A stretch of 64,000 nucleotides of DNA, taken from the NCBI GenBank assembly GCA_964199315.1, contig OZ116712.1:3596001-3660000 (forward strand), given 5' to 3'. The first letter of the stretch is position 1. Each line of letters opens with the position of its first letter. The stretch is from Orbicella franksi. Its lineage: Eukaryota. The notes under the pieces are model-generated. The model was given only the letters and a program-made list of their open reading frames with translations. It did not search any database and was not told the DNA's origin. Made by a program: the position numbers and the translations under genes. This document shows positions 59,140 to 64,000 of this stretch, in pieces.

Positions 59140-60125
59140 TTCTTTTTACAGAGCAGCTAGCTTAATAATTGTTCAGTACACCCGCTCGTATATCTTTCAT
59201 TCTCCAAACGTAAAGAAAAGGGTTAAGAGATGAAGTCAAGAAAAACATCATTATCGTCAACCGGAAAGCCAAAATTAATGTAACCCAGCGTGATTATCAA
59301 AACACGTAAACAGGCCAATCATGACAATAGCGGGCAAGTAGCAATGTAAAATACAGCTGAGATGTATAGGATCGTAAAGACAGATCTCTTGTATTTTGCC
59401 AAGTCTATTACTGGCTGGTCACAACGACGAATCGATTGGTTTTCCTGGACTTGCTGTTGATGTGCACGAACAATATGGTAAACTTTGTAATAAGCAAATG
59501 TTGTAGTGATAACGCAAACTGGCCAAAGCATGAAAACTGTAGCGTTGCTTATGTGTCCGTGGCTTCCCTTCTTGGCGTCTAAGAAGATAACAAAAGCCAG
59601 TGGTATGGGAAGAAGTATTAAGATAACAACTAGAAAACCAGTTCGACGACCTGTAACAAAAGATCGACGGGCCATGTGCAGCCATCTTTCAATCGACATA
59701 GGCGTTATAGTCAAAGCTGAAACAAACCCGAGGTAGTTCCCACAACCGATGGTGATGGTTACAGCAGTCTTAAGAAAAGATGAACCATCTAGATCTTCAT
59801 TTACATCCTGAATGGGTTTCTTTAAACAGATGCAGTAGACGGCAACATAAAAAGGCTGAGTTATGAGTCCCATGCAAAGATCACTGACCACTAATCCACA
59901 AAGTGAAATGTACGAAGGAGTTCTCAGAGACGGGTTTCTCCAAATTACTGCCAAAATCACAGTGTTTCCAGCAACTGCCAAAGAAGACATAATGGCCAAA
60001 ATTACAGAGATTGAGAGCGTCCCAGTTTTAACAGCTGAACTGTGATTTCGTGGAATACCGTCAAGGTTACAAAGGCTGAATTTGAGAGGAAGGACAGATG
60101 GGGGATCTGTAGTATGATTGGACAT
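59140..60125 (-). pseudogene. GPCR member 15, multiply disabled in TM6 to C-tail
   Basis: Open for 268 aa, then a -1 shift at ~59341 (ATT-GC-TAC), a second shift at ~59279 before LILAFRL...LNPFLYVWRMKDIR, and a further shift plus TAG in helix 8. Confidence 0.9.
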
Positions 60126-60369
60126 GTAGTATGATTTTCAGTGAACGATGTCAACGATTCCACTTCTTAGTTAGACTGAGGGCAGTCCTATGTACAAGGG
60201 GTCTTTGTTATCTTCTAATGCTTTCAACGATCATTCCACAATAATTAATTGAAAGATGGCTTCAAGTGTTATCTGCATGCAGATAGTAATCCATATCCAT
60301 TATTGCCTGTAAAAGGTGTCTTTAAGAAAGGTTTACCTCATTAATTTGGTTATTTACAGCTTCTTAACA

Positions 60370-60635
60370 GTGAGTGAGGTATTTCGGGAAAATCTCGAAC
60401 CGAGACCTTGCCGTATTCAGCGAGCGATAGCGGGGTCGTTACAGCAAGGCCGAGGTTTGAGATTTCCTGTAAAGACCGTACGTTCGAGGTTTATAAGTTG
60501 TTTATTATACGGCTTTTTGCTTTGCTTTTGCAGGCCCGTAATCGGCCCATGTGCATTACGGGAGATAATGCCATAATATTAGCCAATCAGAGCGCGCGTT
60601 ATATCGGCTATAAACAGAAGCCGTATAATAAATAA
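60370..60635. repeat. Interspersed repeat with internal inverted repeats
   Basis: TTATTATACGGCTT / AAGCCGTATAATAA and AAATCTCGAACCGAGACCTTGC / GCAAGGCCGAGGTTTGAGATTT. Confidence 0.6.
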
Positions 60636-63070
60636 AATTACTAACTATTTTAAAGCGTATTTATCCCTTAAATATATATGGCAGGTTAGGATTAGGCCCC
60701 ACTTTGAAAATATTAGCTTTAAGAGTAAAGTCAAGAGAAATGTTGCGTGCATGGCCTCAAAATAATAACAATACAATCTAGAATTGATTCGCTGTTCTAT
60801 CTTGAATACACTAATGCAACAAATAGCCTCAGGTTTTTATCTCTGATTTTTCTGTCGATAGTTAGAAAGTTCTTTGTTTCAAGGGATTTTACTGAAAATA
60901 TATTCCTTTTCTTACTACAAAAACCTTTTCAGCTGTACTGATAAACGACTTCTTTAATTAATATATATTTCATACTCACTGTTGCAACAAAGGGGTCCTC
61001 AGCTCCATTTCTAAATATTGTAGATAGTAAAAATTTCGTTGTTTTCATATCATTTTAATGAGCTTACATCCGTTTGGTAGGTGTAAGAACTCTATTAGCA
61101 ATGCTATTCTTACTCTTCCGCAACCAAACTATGTGCGTTTGAATCTGTAACGATCAGCACCAATAAATTATGTGTGTATGTATAATGGTATTTTTAAGAG
61201 TGTAATATACATGTTAACATTAATGAGACGTCTTGTAACACGATCATTTTTTATTTTCACCCTGTTATAAAAGTGATTACGACTGATCTTAGCCCGATTT
61301 AAACTTCGTTGATCAATCCCCTCTCTATGTGTCCCTTTCCTCACATATCTCAGTTTTTGTGTTACTTTTTAAATATTTCAATTTCCAAAACCAAAATTCA
61401 TAAACAACTAATTTCTCCTGATAATATCAATACATTCTACAGCAGGTACGTGTAGAGAATATAAAACAGCACTAAAAAGGGAATCATCACCTTCGCAGTG
61501 CAAAGATATTTCGATTTTGAAATGTCGCCGTAAGATGTACTGAACCATTTTATGTGATTCGATGTAATATAAATGCAAGAAAATATTTTGTTAGTTCCAT
61601 TTCTTGTAGCAAAGAATAACTATTGCGCTTTTGGAGAGCCTCTCAACTACAATGCATGAACTTGCAAAACTAAATGGAACAATATTTCCCTCTGCAATAC
61701 GGACCTCATGCTAATTTGTCAACATTTAGTTTTTTTAGTATATCGAGAGTCGATGCAACATATAACTTCCAAAATGGCGCTATGTACTCTGATATTTACA
61801 ACTGAAGAGTGAATTAGTACTATCTAATCACGAAGTCACACGTAGAATGTAAGAACGCGTACGTTTTCATGTAGGAATTCCTCCAAAACGTGGATATGAT
61901 CAAGAGGTTTCCCATAGTCACAACAGGCAAAAACAAAGAACAACAATCGAGATGCCTTAAGTAACGTAAGTCGAAACATAACACGATGTAGCCGAATCAG
62001 TTAAGCTTGAAAGAGCAAGAAAGTGGCCACAGGCAAATTATTTAGCATGACAAATATAATGAAGGTTCAATTTTTCTTTCGCGTGCTAGTCTATTTATTT
62101 TCTTTTCGATATTTTGTCGCGTACATTAATTTCTTGCACCTCAACACAACACTCGCTCGCTCAACACAGTGTCATCTGTTCTGCCTTGACAGGGCAAAAG
62201 GCCGCCGGACAGGTTTCTTAATTAACTTTGGTCGAGCTTTGATGCAATATGGTGTTTCCATAGCCCAACTCGAGGGATCTCTCCTGTAGTGAAACTGAGC
62301 AAAAATGGAAAAAGGTTCACTAAAACGCCTTGAAAAACTAAAATTGTTAAATTTTACGCACTTACTTTACGCATTCGCTAAATGGCAACTGTTATCATCA
62401 CCATCACTGGGTACTTAACAGTTCAGAACTCTCTGTTATCCGTTTCCAAAATTAATGACACTACCAAAAGGGTTGTTGTACAATGGCTATCTACGTTTGT
62501 ATCTAAAGATGAACACACTTTATAGTGAATGTATACTTTTTAATGGAACCATTACAACTGTAATGCTAAAAGCATCTATTGAAAGTAGTTTCAAAAACCT
62601 GCGACATTCTTAATTACTTCCACCTTATTTGCTGAGGCAAACGACTTACTTCCAAAAAGTGATTTTAAGACATTTTTCAATACTATGCAAGTAAACTAAC
62701 CAAGTCTATCTGTTTATCGACTGCCGTTCTAAATTAAATTACGTCTTCACTACATGAAGCTTTTTGAAATATCTCAATATAAAAAAATTTAATCAGCTTA
62801 AAACAACACATTTTGCATTCTGTTTATACAAATTACACATATCCTTGGTAAAATTGAAATAAACTGATCCTTATATGGTGCTTGCGTGGGAAGTGCAACA
62901 AATAGCACAAAAGTACTACCAGCTGAGTACACGGACTGCCAGAATATATATTGAGCCCGCCATAAATTATTAAGTATAAGTTGATTACATCCCTAGGGCT
63001 GTTCTTTTAGGGTTTCTCTCACGAAAATTGAATTCTTGTCAAAAGTTTGTGCGGAAAGCCAGCAAAGTCC

Positions 63071-64000
63071 ATGGCAAATTTTACAGCATGCTTCCCATGG
63101 CCACCGCTCAAAACTTACATTGCTTGCAGCGTAGATGACACAGGACGGCTATGTGATCCCTTTGTATGCGCCTTTACTTTCTGGAGTTCAATCATCATTG
63201 TTGTTTTATCACCGGTGGCAGTTGCGGGAAATGCACTTATTCTGGCGGCCATTTGGAAGAAGACTTTTCCGAGAACGCCATTCCATATCCTACTGAGCGG
63301 GTTAGCCTTCACGGATTTGTGTACAGGACTCATCGCCCAGCCTTTCGTTGCTTCAAAAACCCTGGTGTTCTCAGCCAACCCCGGGATAGCCAAGGAGAAG
63401 CCAATGCTCGTACTGACAATAGAAGCCATTGGCGAGGTCAGTGCTACCTATTCTATTGCCGTCACAGTATTTCTTATAACACTGATGTCCGTTGAAAGAT
63501 GGCTGCATATGTCTCGCCGATCCTTGGTTACATCTCGTCGCGGTTATTTCACCGTCACTGCACTGTTACTCATTCCAGTTCCACTTGTTGTCTTACAATA
63601 TTTGGACATTGTAAATGAAAATGATGGACGCGAGTTGATTACTACGATTGTGACAATGATGCTCTTTTGCTACCTTACTACAGCATTCGCCTATTTCAAA
63701 GTCTACCAAGTTATTCGTCGTCACCAACATAACGTCAGAGTAAGCAAACCAGCCTAGAATATTGGTCGACCTGGAATCGACTTGGCAAAATACAAGAGAT
63801 CTGTGGCCACCATATTATATATTCTTTCGTTATTTTCTCTGTGTTTCTTACCTTTTGTTGTCTCTGCTGGAGTGTACATTTCGATAGGCCCCAGTTCAGC
63901 AGTATATGCGGCCAGCAACGTTTCGTTGTCGCTTTTGTTTTTGTCATCTTCACTCAACCCTGGCCTTTACCTCTGGAGAATGAAGGATATTCGATACGGA
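63071..64000 (+). pseudogene. GPCR member 16 with a single in-frame premature TAG (63755-63757); runs off the window end
   Basis: ATG 63071 (MANFTAC); after the TAG the same frame continues NIGRPGIDLAKYKRSV...CFLP...LNPGLYLWRMKDIRYG with no further stop. Confidence 0.88.

Noticed and set aside
17069-63495. Short alternate-frame and antisense ORFs overlapping the GPCR genes (e.g. 17069, 22426, 24894, 28657, 38391, 59419, 63115)
   Set aside because: Expected by-products of coding-sequence codon bias; they are not conserved in length or start across paralogs.

Overview
Eukaryotic, AT-rich animal DNA; the gene families and repeat style suggest a stony coral or other anthozoan (inference, no database search possible). 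The window is dominated by a tandem array of 16 paralogous rhodopsin-class (class A) GPCR loci, each with a single coding exon of about 310-330 aa, an ERW variant of DRY and a shared ICL3 motif. Twelve have open frames and four are disabled: a frameshift, a 340-bp deletion, multiple lesions, and one premature TAG. This looks like a birth-and-death receptor cluster organised much like an olfactory receptor array. Embedded on the opposite strand is a 10-exon gene for a predicted secreted protein of about 729 aa (signal peptide, PAN/apple-like, 7 EGF, CUB, 2 SRCR) whose EGF exons were amplified by a 905-bp tandem repeat. A 6.5-7.2 kb two-gene tandem duplication (about 43170-56882) includes an assembly gap opposite an AT-rich palindrome. 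Intergenic DNA carries RTE, CR1/L2-type and Penelope-like retroelement remnants (the last with hammerhead-like motifs), tRNA-core foldback elements and many MITEs. No rRNA, functional tRNA or CRISPR array was found.
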